This document shows, one piece after another, positions 23,922 to 36,609 of a DNA stretch of 64,000 nucleotides. The number at the start of each line of letters is the position of its first letter. The first letter of the stretch is position 1. The stretch covers positions 60,884,001 through 60,948,000 of the forward strand of contig NC_043006.1 in the NCBI RefSeq assembly GCF_006345805.1, in the 5' to 3' direction. Both the position numbers and the translations under genes were made by a program. The notes under the pieces were generated by a model. That model was not told where the DNA came from and ran no database searches. It saw nothing but the letters and a program-made list of their open reading frames with translations. The stretch comes from Octopus sinensis (lineage: Eukaryota).

Positions 23922-23926
<5 letters not shown>

Positions 23927-23949
23927 CAACAAGTTATCATTATTACTAT

Positions 23950-25205
23950 AAATTATAACCGTCCCAGTTATAAGTTACAGCTACAATATCCTTTACTGGA
24001 CACTCAATGAACTAACCAAAATAGACAGGAAAACAAGAAAAATAATGACAGGATCTAGGATGCACCAACCGAAATCTGACATAGAAAGGTTATATATATA
24101 CAACGTATTGAAGGTGGTAAAAGCCTTATACAGCTGGAAAACTATTATAAAATAACCACCATAGTACTGCAAAAATACATACTTCAAAAGCAAAGAAAAC
24201 TAATACAAATAGCCAATAACACGAGCAAAACAAAAAAGTGTTTTCAGTATTTAAACAAGAAGTCACACTACCTAACATATATAAAGAAGAACAAACAAAA
24301 GCTATTAAATGAATGAAATCCAAACTAAAACTAGAACAGCAACGGAACATAAAATGATGGCAAGAAGAGCCCCTTCATGGCAAACACTGGGCTAAACTAA
24401 ATACAAAAGAAATAGACAGGAAAAATACCAGCAATGGTTGAGAAGCTCAGGACTCAAAGCAAAGACTGAAGGATTTTTAATTGCAGCCCAAGACCAAAAC
24501 CTCCCCACCAGAAATTACCAAAAACATAACGAAAACAAACATAACAAGTAACTGTTGAATATGTGAAGATGAACAAGAAACAATAAATCATATTATCTCT
24601 GGCTGCCTAGTCTTGGTTAAGAAGGAATATATTCACAGACACCGCAGAGTTGGGACCTAAATACACTGGAAGCTATGCCAACACTATGGAATAATAACAT
24701 GAAAAAGATGGTATAAACACACGCTAGAAAAGGTCACAGAAAACGAGAAAGCAACCATACTCTGTCAATACACACGGATAGAGACATTAAGGCCAATAGG
24801 CCAGATATAGTTGTCAGAGATCATGAAGAAAAAATGTTTTCTAATCGATGTACCAATATCAGCAGATGACAACCCTTCTCTAACAGAAATAGAGAAACTT
24901 TCAAAATACAAAGACCTGGAAATAGAGGTAACTAATCTAAAAATAGAAACAATTCCTACCATAGTGAGCGCATTAGGTATAATAAAAAATATTCAGACAA
25001 ATACATAAAAAAACACCATAAAAAATACAAGTATATATATAACATATAGAAAAATGCATTACTGGGCACTGCACACATCCTACGTAAAACACATTCAATA
25101 CAGTAACCATAAGATCATCACAACAAACCGCAGCACATACCCAAAGCATGCAGACCTGCGCCCAGTAGCGAAGTGAAAGCACGTTATAAAAATAAAACTA
25201 CTGAA
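23950..25205 (+). mobile_element. 5'-truncated R4/Dong-clade LINE (RT thumb, CCHC, restriction-like endonuclease, 3' UTR), pseudogenised; copy 1
   Basis: Frameshifted motifs VPVISYSYNIL.WTLNELTKIDRKTRK, WLRSSGLKAKTEGFLIAAQDQ, C.ICEDEQETINHIISGC, ANRPDIVVRDHEEK.CFLIDV, EKLSKYKDLEIEV, LLGTAHILRK; (TAA)n tail. Confidence 0.9.
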
Positions 25206-25216
25206 TAATAATAATA

Positions 25217-25252
<36 letters not shown>

Positions 25253-25274
25253 CAACAAGTTATCATTATTACTA

Positions 25275-26530
25275 TAAATTATAACCGTCCCAGTTATAAG
25301 TTACAGCTACAATATCCTTACTGGACACTCAATGAACTAACCAAAATAGACAGGAAAACAAGAAAAATAATGACAGGATCTAGGATGCACCAACCGAAAT
25401 CTGACATAGAAAGGTTATATATATACAACGTATTGAAGGTGGTAAAAGCCTTATACAGCTGGAAAACTATTATAAAATAACCACCATAGTACTGCAAAAA
25501 TACATACTTCAAAAGCAAAGAAAACTAATACAAATAGCCAATAACACGAGCAAAACAAAAAAGTGTTTTCAGTATTTAAACAAGAAGTCACACTACCTAA
25601 CATATATAAAGAAGAACAAACAAAAGCTATTAAATGAATGAAATCCAAACTAAAACTAGAACAGCAACGGAACATAAAATGATGGCAAGAAGAGCCCCTT
25701 CATGGCAAACACTGGGCTAAACTAAATACAAAAGAAATAGACAGGAAAAATACCAGCAATGGTTGAGAAGCTCAGGACTCAAAGCAAAGACTGAAGGATT
25801 TTTAATTGCAGCCCAAGACCAAAACCTCCCCACCAGAAATTACCAAAAACATAACGAAAACAAACATAACAAGTAACTGTTGAATATGTGAAGATGAACA
25901 AGAAACAATAAATCATATTATCTCTGGCTGCCTAGTCTTGGTTAAGAAGGAATATATTCACAGACACCGCAGAGTTGGGACCTAAATACACTGGAAGCTA
26001 TGCCAACACTATGGAATAATAACATGAAAAAGATGGTATAAACACACGCTAGAAAAGGTCACAGAAAACGAGAAAGCAACCATACTCTGTCAATACACAC
26101 GGATAGAGACATTAAGGCCAATAGGCCAGATATAGTTGTCAGAGATCATGAAGAAAAAATGTTTTCTAATCGATGTACCAATATCAGCAGATGACAACCC
26201 TTCTCTAACAGAAATAGAGAAACTTTCAAAATACAAAGACCTGGAAATAGAGGTAACTAATCTAAAAATAGAAACAATTCCTACCATAGTGAGCGCATTA
26301 GGTATAATAAAAAATATTCAGACAAATACATAAAAAAACACCATAAAAAATACAAGTATATATATAACATATAGAAAAATGCATTACTGGGCACTGCACA
26401 CATCCTACGTAAAACACATTCAATACAGTAACCATAAGATCATCACAACAAACCGCAGCACATACCCAAAGCATGCAGACCTGCGCCCAGTAGCGAAGTG
26501 AAAGCACGTTATAAAAATAAAACTACTGAA
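25275..26530 (+). mobile_element. R4/Dong-clade LINE fragment; copy 2 (tandem duplicate of copy 1)
   Basis: Period 1325-1326 bp. The ORF track shows identical peptides; one T indel seen (CCTTTACTGG versus CCTTACTGG). Confidence 0.9.
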
Positions 26531-26569
26531 TAATAATAATAATAATAATATTGCAGAGTGAATGTACCG

Positions 26570-26745
26570 GGGAGGCTATGAAGCAGACAAAAGAGACGGG
26601 CTATAAGTACTTGGGATTACTGGAAATGGATAACTTGATGGAGAAAGAAATGACAAAAAATTTAAGGGGGAGAACTTGCGCAGACAGGGGCTGATCTTTA
26701 TGTCTAAATTAAACGGGCGGAAAAAGAATGAAGCCATCCACAACC
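26570..26745 (+). mobile_element. R4/Dong LINE fragment (RT thumb region)
   Basis: GYKYLGLLEMDNLMEKEM..SKLNGRKK.EAI. Confidence 0.65.
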
Positions 26746-28200
26746 AAGTGCTCGACGACAAGCGCCAACCACTTGGCCAATATCGTAAACTCTGTATCAA
26801 GCAGAGTTATGGCTCTGAAATTATCTGTGTCCTTCTTGTTTTCGTCTTTCCTTATCAGCGTCACTACGCCCTGGCTTACAGAAGTGGGAATACTCCCCTT
26901 CTGCTTCCAGTTAGAGTAGAGCGCTGCGAGGAGATCAGAGAGCAAGTGCGGCATATTTACGTAAAGTTCATAGGGCAGATCATGTAAACCTGGTGACTTG
27001 TGGCTCCTGCAACCGACAAGGGCATCCTCAATTTCGGCTGAGATTATTTGCCTTTCACAGCTCTCAACGTCGGCCGTCGAGAGATGCAGCAAGCCGTCGA
27101 GATAGAAACTGAAGTTCACCACCATCTCCGCTCCACCACTCTCTCGGAACAACCTAGCAAAGTATTGGCGAAAAGCCACACATCTGCCTGGAATGGTTCA
27201 GCTCGTGTCATTCTCGGTCCGTCAAAGACTGAATTGTGGCTTTGTTACTAAACTGCGTCTCCGCCACGCAGGCCCATCGAACTGCTTTGATTCCCTCGTT
27301 TCCTAGAGCACGCCCCTTCGCTCTGGCAATGCAACATCCGAGTTGCGCTGAATAACAGTTCTAATGCCATTCTTGCTGCTAGCACGTCTGTTGCATTGCC
27401 ACTACAAATAGCCTCGTCTAGTTTAGCTACTAACCCCTCCTCTTTTCTATTTTTCCTAACGCTGTTTATTTGCTAAACCCTATCGATATTGATTTCTCTT
27501 TCGGGAGCCGTCCATCACATGCTGTTCATGATACCTCCTGTCAGCTTCTGCTTAACTAAATTGCTGACCCGGTCCCGGTAAGCCTTACGTGCCGGAAACG
27601 ACATGAGCACCTTCCAGTACCCAGATCCTAGCCTACCCGTCTTATCTACGTCGTCCGTATAGATTATAAACTTATGGTCTGAGTAGGCGACCGTTTTAAA
27701 ACGTGGACACCCTACACTGTTACTATCTATCTTTCTAGTGAAAATCCTATCTATATACGATCTAGATGACACTAAGCAGTTGGTCCAGGACCGCACAGGC
27801 GCATTAGGGAAATCTTGTCGTCACCTATCTAACAGTTGGAACTGGCTGATCAGGTGCTTGAGGCTTTTGCACGCCACTCTTCTATCAGCTACTTCCACAC
27901 AATCCCAACATTGATTCAAGATTCCATTCCAGTCCCCTACAAACAGTAAAACGCAAGACGTGCCTAGAAAGGTTTCCAGACGTCTAAAGAAATCTGGCCG
28001 TTTTGTTCCGGTGGTAGTGTAGACGGCCACCAGTCTAAAGGCGCTACCTTCACTGTTGCTCACAGCCACCAACTTCCCATCCGGTTTCTGGAAGATCGAC
28101 TTTATCTCAAGATCCAATTCTTTCCTAAAAAGCACTGCCACTCCACCTCTCATTCCCAGCCGACTAACAAATGCAAAGATCTGATAGTCGTCGAACAACA
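26745..28200 (-). mobile_element. Tx1/L1-clade LINE remnant (APE endonuclease to RT start)
   Basis: GGVAVLFRK, RLVAVY, VGDWNGIL, WTN..SYIDRIF..SDHK..GSGYWK, KSPGLHDLPYELY, QGVVTLIRKD..NFRAITLLDTEFTILAK. Confidence 0.85.
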
Positions 28201-28202
28201 AG

Positions 28203-28505
28203 CCATCGGTGGCTGAGAAGCTCGGGACTGAAAGCAAGGCACTGAACGATTCATATTAGCAGCACGAGACCAAAGCTTGATTACCAAAAACCATCAGGCT
28301 AATCTGAAGAAACATCTGGAAACTTTAGAAATATCTTGCAATCTATGCGTATTGCAAAAATCAGTTTTACTTGGATCTGAACGCTTATTGTATAAAGTAC
28401 TGTCAGAAGTCCTTGTTGTGATTTGACAGACAGTACAAATCCCCGATAGAAACAATATCATAAATCCAATACATCACGATGTTGGATACTGCGCGACGTT
28501 TTCAG
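28203..28505 (+). mobile_element. R4/Dong LINE 3' fragment with internal deletion
   Basis: HRWLRSSGLKA..FILAARDQSLITKNHQAN joined to LQKSVLLGSERLLYKVL and a 3' UTR; (TGA)n/(TAA)n tail. Confidence 0.7.
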
Positions 28506-28657
28506 TGATGATGATGATGATGATGATGATAATAATAATAAAAGAAACAGAAGGAGAAGAAGGATGGGGAGAGAAGAAAAGAGGAATCACAATAACAGCA
28601 GCAACAAAGGGAGGAAAAAAGGAGAAGGAGGAGGAGAAGAGGAAGAAGTAGAAGAAT

Positions 28658-28695
<38 letters not shown>

Positions 28696-28895
28696 CTAGT
28701 AGTAGTAGTAGTAGTAGTAGTAGAAGAAGAAGAAGAAGAAGAAGAAGAAGGAGAGGAAGAAGAAGAAGGAGAGGAAAAAGAAGAAGCAGAAGCAGAAGGA
28801 GGAGAAGAAGAAGAAGAAGAAGAAGAAGAAGAAGAAGAAGAAGAAGAAGAAGAAGAAGAAGAACGACGACAACAACAACAACAACAACAACAACA
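28505..28895. repeat. Mixed trinucleotide/purine-rich microsatellite (TGA, TAA, GTA, GAA, CAA)
   Basis: Direct inspection. Confidence 0.9.
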
Positions 28896-29548
28896 TGGGG
28901 TAGATGACTAATAGTAACATAGCGCTGATATGATAGAAATGTATTTTATTTAGTGAGAAAACAGAACTCTTATCTGAATATGTTGGGTAGATAATATAAA
29001 CATTTTTTTTCAGCTTCCCAATCAATGATGAAACATGTCTGATGAAATAGATTACACCGAATATTCTTAATGGGAAATTCACGATAAAATGTTTCATTCC
29101 AAAAATATTTCAGCCGAAATTTCTCTGTAGTAAAGTACTAACATGAATTGTTGTCACATCATGTAGATAATAGATTTGTGACTAACCTTAAGTTGTTATT
29201 GATTTATGGACATCAAGTATGTAAGTAATTATAAAAATTGATTTTACAATCATCACGGAAGCTTAGCAAAATCACTTTTGGCAAATATTTTTCTTTTTAC
29301 ATACGTACATAATGCATACACACACATGCATATAACACGCACGCACACACATCATTTTATCTAACTTCTGAATTTCAATTTTTCTTCTGATTGGGATTTG
29401 TTTGCATATTCCTGAACAATGCTGAAGTTATTTTTAACATTCTTCACATCATGTGATAGAGTGGTGTGGTTGATTTAGAAAATAAAGCAGTTCCTGTTTA
29501 CTTTAGGCATTTTCCTCCTTTCGATATGATCCTTGTTTCATTGTTACC

Positions 29549-29781
29549 TATTTCTTTATTACCCACAAGGGGCTAAACATAGAGGGGACAAACATGGACA
29601 GACATAGGTATTAAGTCGATTATATCGACCCCAGTGCTTAACTGGTACTTAATTTATCGACCCCGAAAGGATGAAAGGCAAAGTCGACCTTGGCGGAATT
29701 TGAACTCACAATGTGACGGCATCCGAAATACTGCTAAGCATTTCGCCCGACGTGCTAACGATTCTGCCAGCTCGCCGCCTT
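29549..29781 (-). mobile_element. Full-length tRNA-derived octopus-type SINE (AAGGCGGCGAGCTGGCAG.. family) with TSD
   Basis: Minus-strand head AAGGCGGCGAGCTGGCAGAATCGTTAGC..GAGTTCAAATTCCGCC and core GCCTTTCATCCTTTCGGGGTCGATAAA. Direct repeat CCTTGTTTCATTGTTACC at 29531-29548 and 29778-29795. Confidence 0.9.
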
Positions 29782-30236
29782 GTTTCATTGTTACCGTCTT
29801 TCAAATCATCATGAATTACAAAATGACACAAAATAGCGAATAAACTAAGTTTATGATGGAACAAAAATTTATTGACACGTTCTAATATGGATCGAGAATG
29901 ACTTAAATGTACGAATAAATGTTGAAAATATTGCCCTGTTGTAAATTTCAACTGTGAATGGCGTGTGGAGCTCTACGTGTGGTGTTCAAATTTTGGAATG
30001 AATTAAAAAAAATGCATGTGTATAATTTTTCTGCTTGTATGTATGTTTGTATATGGTTGGCTTTCTTATTTTATTTGTTGTTTTTTGTTTTTCTTAAGGT
30101 ATGATCTTTTGTTTATTACTCATGAATTATGCGACAAGGTGTAGATGAATTATCAAACTAAAAATACGTACTAAGGTTGACATAGAAAAATTTGGAGTTT
30201 CTCTAGAATAGCTGAATATAGATAATTGTAACAAAC

Positions 30237-30280
<44 letters not shown>

Positions 30281-30599
30281 ATATATATATATATATATAT
30301 ATCTTTTAAATTCGTCTATGGTAACGTTAGGGGTATGCAAATAAAGCTCCTTCTTCATTATGCTGGCTACCGTCGAATGATACTGAATAGTAACCCAGTT
30401 TTTCGGGGTTGCATCATGAATATAGCGATATAACGTAGGATAAATATAATAACAATTATAAAAGCACTCGGTGAGCGCAAACCTTCGACAAGCACATCAT
30501 TCCCACTAATATACACGCATGCTGAAAATCGCCTAATTTCCCAAACCAACGCCTGCAAAGAACATAACCTCCTTGGCGGGGGTAGAAAAAATAACAGCC

Positions 30600-31190
30600 A
30601 TATTATTAAAATGGTTAGGGGAATAAAGGCAATCCACGTTGAAATCACGAAGAACGATGGTCAGATGATTCCTTGACAAAGATCTTATAAGATGATACAG
30701 GCTGGTGAGGAAAGGAGCAACTGGTGCGGAAGGAGATCTGTAAATGATGATGATATTGAGTTTTGTTGACGAGATGGTCACCCCGACATTGGTGTACTCT
30801 AAGCCACTGACATTCAAATGTATATCCATGGGGGCGATCTCCTGCTTGGCAATGGTCATCTCCCCACCTCAACGCCCCAGTGCGGCAGGCCTGTCTGCTC
30901 TAGTGATCTTTGACTGCGTTAGGATGGATGCTTCTTGTTGATTCTGCTTCAACGACGTTTCCACGAAACAAAACACATCAATATTTTGAAGAGTGTTGCC
31001 CGCTTTCAAGTCTTGTTCATGTTCAAAAAGGACCTGATATTGAAGAGTTTGATTTGCAGTCCTCTATGACTAACTGCGGGAGCAGCAGAAGGCAAAGGTT
31101 CAGGCGATTTTCGCTGTCGAAGCCTGTTCATTTCACGAACAACAGATGAACTAGTGCGGATTATTTCATCGCCGTTTGTTTATGTAGTTT
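30600..31190 (-). mobile_element. APE-like endonuclease remnant, probably the helicase-to-APE junction of a Helentron
   Basis: VVREMNRLR..IKLFNIRS../..DLKAGNTLQNIDVFCFVETSL..IIIYRSP..RDFNVD. Assignment to Helentron rather than a LINE rests on the recalled EMxRLR junction motif. Confidence 0.55.
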
Positions 31191-31339
31191 GATCTCTTTA
31201 TCCATCAGTTTCTAGTAAGATAGATACACGAGTAAAATTACTAAGAGAGAAAAGAAAATAAACTTTGGAAACAACAACGCTATCGTAGGTTACGTGAAAA
31301 CCATGGACGTTGTTTTCAAGGGACATAATCAAAGAACAT

Positions 31340-31580
31340 AACATTGTAATACTTCCTGTAAAGTAAATATAACAAATGGAAAATCTTTCAAGAATCCATA
31401 AAAATTCCCGGATCACAATCGAAATTTCATCATCTGTTCCTTGTGTAATTACCAAAGTTTCCTGCAAGTTTCATTAAATACCGTTCACAACTTTTTGAGT
31501 TATTTTGCACACTGAGGGAGAGACGGACAAATGAGCGCCGATGAAAACATAATCTCCTTCCTTGGCGGAGTTAATAATTC
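31340..31580 (-). mobile_element. Non-autonomous element end resembling Helentron-associated HINEs
   Basis: Minus strand ACTCCGCCAAGGAAGGAGATTATGTTTTCATCGGCG..AAAATAACTCAAAAAGTTGTGAACGG. A second same-orientation CCGCCAAGGAGGTTATGTT lies at about 30575-30597. Family identity is from memory. Confidence 0.5.
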
Positions 31581-32227
31581 TAGGAAAGAACGTATAAATA
31601 TTCGATACATCGTTTCGTGCGTTTCGATAAATCACAGAGGGATGTTTGTCCCTTCGAGATACACACACACACACACACATACACACACACACACACGCAG
31701 AGGCACAAACACACACGGACATATATATATATATATGTGTGTGTGTTTGTGTGTGTGAAAGTGCGTGGTCTAGGGGTTAGTGTGTTGCGAGATATAAAGG
31801 CCGACAGATTGTTAGATCATGTGATGTATGTGTGTGTGTGCGTGTGTGTGTTTGTGCGTGTGTGTGTTTGTGCGTGTGTGTGTTTGTGCGTGTGTGTGTG
31901 ACTGCCGTATATAAGGAATACCTACCGCTATCAATTCAACGCTCTCCACTTGCAAGTGTCTAATACTCCGGAATACATACATCCATCAGTCTGGACGACG
32001 GGGATCCTCCAACGTAATTTGAGTGCTTACAACCAGGATTTTCTCCATGACAAAAATACAGTGTGAGTTATTTTGGGTTTCTCGCAGCTTCGAATATGCC
32101 ACACGCAAATTTGGACTGGAAACAAGTGTGTGTGTACACACAGACACAGACACACACACACACACACACACACACTGACACGAGCATTTCCCATGTTTTT
32201 AAAGCACGTTTATTCGATTTTACTATC

Positions 32228-32291
<64 letters not shown>

Positions 32292-32308
32292 CTCTATCTA
32301 TCTGTCTG

Positions 32309-32394
<86 letters not shown>

Positions 32395-32411
32395 CTCTAT
32401 CTATCTGTCTG

Positions 32412-32478
<67 letters not shown>

Positions 32479-33327
32479 GTCTGTCTACCTATTTGCCAAC
32501 AAACCTTCTTAAGATTAAAAAGAATGATCAAAACAGCAAGATGCTTTCGTTCAGTATCTTGCTACCAAGGAGGTAGCCGGTCAAAAATTACACTGAGTTA
32601 AAAAGGGAAAGAAAACACCCCCACACGCACCCACACACGCACACACACACACACACACGCACACACATACATGTTTATATAAACATACCCATAATCACTC
32701 CGACATAATGATGTTCAGGTGTTTTTATATGTACATATGTAACGTGTAATTTGTCTCTTTCTGTATTTCATTCCAAGCTGGTTGAACACAGATATTTAGG
32801 TCAACAGCATGCTACAGTGAATAAATAATAACTGTAATATAAACAAAACAAAACAGTAAGAATAATCAAAAATATATTCATTTTCAATTTAGATACTGTG
32901 TTATTCTGATAAGGGAAATGCCTGTTAATTATCAAATATTTATTAGATAATTTCAATTCTTAGTCCATTTTGTTTTTCATCTAGAAGAATATTGACAGAA
33001 AATATTCACAAATTAAAAGTACATTTCGAATATAGGTATCAACAATTTTTTTTTGTTCTTATGACACTATTAACTTACTATCAGGTTCTTTTCAGAATGT
33101 CAAATGCATCTCATTTGCAATGTTGTGTGCTATTTGCGTTACACTTTTCCTCTATTCATTAGAAATATATTCTAGAATGTTCTGAGATAAAAAAAAAATA
33201 TTAATTTTCGCTTTGCAATTTAAAGAAAAAATACATATGTTTCCTGCCATGAGCAAATCATGACAAGAATAGAGTACTTTTAACAACATTATCATGCTAT
33301 ATACGTATATATATATATATATTATAT

Positions 33328-33375
<48 letters not shown>

Positions 33376-33409
33376 GGGGGGTGTACATATATGTATATAT
33401 GTATATATA

Positions 33410-33542
33410 GGCGCAGGAGAGGCTGTGTTGTAAGTAGCTTGTTTACCAGCCACATGGTTTCTGGTTCAGTCCCAGTGCGTGGCACGTTGGGCACGTGTTT
33501 TGTACTATGGCCTCTCGTAGACAGAAACTGAATTAGTCCATC

Positions 33543-33583
<41 letters not shown>

Positions 33584-33585
33584 TG

Positions 33586-33619
<34 letters not shown>

Positions 33620-33855
33620 ATATAATATATATATATATATACACACATATATATATATATATGTTTGTACGTCTGTTTTACCCCAGCACCGCTTGACAAC
33701 TGATGCTGGTGCGTTTACGTCCCCGTAACATAGCGGTTCGGTAGAAGATATCGATAGAATAATTACTAGGCTTACAAAGAATACGCTTTGGGGTCGATTT
33801 GTTCGACTAAAGGCGGTGCTCAAGCATGGCCGCAGCCACCCCACTAAACAAAAGA
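33410..33855 (+). mobile_element. Octopus-type SINE (GGCGCAGGAG.. family), full length, with internal (TA)n
   Basis: tRNA-like head 33410-33480, body to 33545, (TA)n, then second half ending AAAGGCGGTGCTCAAGCATGGCCGCAG. Confidence 0.8.
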
Positions 33856-33881
33856 ATAAATATGTATGTATGTATATATAT

Positions 33882-33948
<67 letters not shown>

Positions 33949-34148
33949 ATATATATATATATATGTATTGATGAAATTTCAGCAAACGCCAGGCGTAAGC
34001 GAGCATGACAAATGAAAAGACACAAAATATACAGATTAATCACAAACCCGACTTCTAGCATAATGGATGTCCTCTTAGTGGCCATCCCTCTTATATGTAT
34101 GCATGTATGCATGTATATACACACACACACATATATATATATATATAC

Positions 34149-34247
34149 TGATTTATGACCATAGGTATCGTAATTATGATCATGGCACATTTCCTTGTGG
34201 AGGATATGGCCAAGTAAAAACAACAATTACATATGATAAATGTTTTA

Positions 34248-34327
<80 letters not shown>

Positions 34328-34431
34328 TAAAACATTTATCATATGTGGTTGTTTTTGCTGAACAACGTGGCCACACCCTCCACAAGGAAATGTGCCATGA
34401 TCATAATTATCATACCTATGGTCATAAATCA
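34149..34431. repeat. Inverted repeat (about 100-bp arms) centred on (TA)n
   Basis: TGATTTATGACCATAGGTAT..GATAAATGTTTTATAATT-(TA)n-AATTATAAAACATTTATC..ATACCTATGGTCATAAATCA. Confidence 0.9.
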
Positions 34432-35199
34432 TTTCAGCTTGATAGGAACTAAGTTAACAAAACAAGTCGTTATGCAGAATTCGAGAAAAAGACATTTTGA
34501 TCGCTGACAGGTGTTTCAAGACAACTACTTCACTTGCAACTCTCCGGTCTACAATAGTAACCAACAAATGACAGCAAGCTATTAACCACATTAAGACAAC
34601 ATTTGTCTTTGCCTAACATTATCTTGCCACAGAAATGATCGTGTAAATTTCGTGAAGATTTTCTTCTAACTCTATTTTTACTAAGCTATATATTTGACTC
34701 GTGTTCTAGATGCGTCGTTCTTGGAATCAGAGTTCGACGATTTTGCATTTTATTAGCACAAAAACATATTACATATGCATATCACATACAGCTGTTGAGT
34801 AAGTCGACTAGATCTATCTCCTGTGAAATGTCGACCTACTTTGGTTTAAAGAAGACACTAATACACAAAATAGTATATGAAATTGTAGAGAAGCTAAGAG
34901 AACACGTCCTTGAGTTATTTAATCTAAGCGATATATTCAGGGCTATAGGCGAAAATAAGAACAATTTAAATTGCGTCAAACATTATTTAGTTAGTTATTT
35001 CCTTCCTACTTAACATTGATGTTGTTTTTTATATTAATGATACTCGAATTTTAAAATATGTTTTCAATGAGAAAAATATTATTATGTAATTTATGTGAAA
35101 TGGTGTAAAACAATGATTTTGTAGATACATTTTTGTATTAACTGAAAATCATTGAAAACAAAATATTTAAATATAAATATTTCGATAAATTCATTGATA

Positions 35200-35410
35200 T
35201 TGGTTCCAAATTTTGGCGCAAGGCAAACAAGTCTGAGAAAGCATGTAAGTCGATTACATCGACTCCAATGATCAACTGGTACTTATTTTGTCAACCCCGA
35301 AATTAGGGAAGTCAAAGTCGACTTTGTCGGAATTCGAACTCAAATAAACATGGACAAAATGCATCTTATCATTTTGCATGGTGTATTAAAGATTCTGTCA
35401 GCTCAGTCAC
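35200..35410 (-). mobile_element. Degenerate SINE (same family as 29549-29781)
   Basis: AAGTCGATTACATCGAC..GGTACTTATTTTGTCAACCCCG..AAAGTCGAC..GGAATTCGAACTC. Confidence 0.7.
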
Positions 35411-35989
35411 ATTGAAGATTGTCAAGTAGAGTATGTAATATTGGCAATAATCACTGTGTGAAGCTATTGATCAGTATTTGTAAAACTATTTCTTCAATTT
35501 GAATTATGAAGGTTTGATTCCTACATATGTGGTCTATTTAGCTACGTAAAAAGATGGATTCATTCATATTTTACAAATATTACATAAGGTTCGGGAGCAC
35601 ACATCACACGATCTGCTAGACATGATAGCTATATCCCCCCTCAATCACATCCTTCCATCTTGAACCCACAGCCTGTTCCGATGCACAAATGCAAAATCGT
35701 CATGGCTCAAGGATCTTTTCCCATTGGTCTCACGTAAATTTAGCAATAAACGCTGTCTCATAACATTACATATAACTCATGATGAGTGATAAAAGTATTG
35801 TGGCTTTTCAGTCTGTTTTAAAGTCTGCTACATTGTTGTATTTCAGTTTCATTTTTGTTCATTTTCACTGAAGCTCTCTCATTATGGTCAGTGAAATAAC
35901 TTCCTATGCAGTTTTGGTTCTCGAAAATGACGTGAACAGCCGCAAAGTGAAAGATCTGATACTTCGCAGGTTTGTTCTGCGGGAAATTT

Positions 35990-36609
35990 AGCAATGTCAG
36001 GACTTTAGCTGGACTGCAGGGAGAGAGAAGGACGGTTGTAATCCCATCTCTGTCAAGCAGTTTTCCACGGTAACGGAATTCTGGACTGATGCATTGTTCT
36101 GGTGCAGGAGCTTTGATCTTTTGTGACGAAATCGCTTCTTGAATGCCCTAATCGTAAACTCTACACAATACTTATAGTTGACCCTCTCGCCAACGGATGT
36201 ATGTGATGCCCTCACTATCGTAAAAGTGGATCATAGCGAGTTTCTCGGTGGACTTGCTTTGCCTTTGCGAAAAACATATGCTCAGCTTGTACAAGTTAAT
36301 CCATAACTGTGTAGGATGTTTCATAAGTTTCTGTAGCATTTTTGCCCAGTTGAAAACAAAAGAATTTATTGCGCAGATAGCTTCCAGATTGTCTTCCCGT
36401 ACCGACTGCATGCAACTAGTCAGCTGTGACAAGCAGCGTTTAGTGGGGCGTGTTCAAAGTGTTGTTTTAGTCTTCTCTTTCAATCTGGAATAGCAAGAGT
36501 TGTCATATCAGCCTATTACATGGAAAGTAATAATAGACAATAATTACAATAATGTAGAATGGTTATAATTACATAAAAATGTCTTAAACCATCCGATATG
36601 CACCTCGTA
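35990..36609 (-). mobile_element. Internally deleted mariner-type transposon relic
   Basis: FYDSEGITY and LLHQNNASVQNS..CLTEMG.. (LHQDNA..H-like) motifs. TACGAGGTG.. TIR-like end at 36609. Confidence 0.6.

Noticed and set aside
34795-35013. FGLKKTLIHKIVYEIVEKL, resembling a Harbinger-type transposase HTH
   Set aside because: Single short motif, no DDE residues or TIRs seen; too weak to call.
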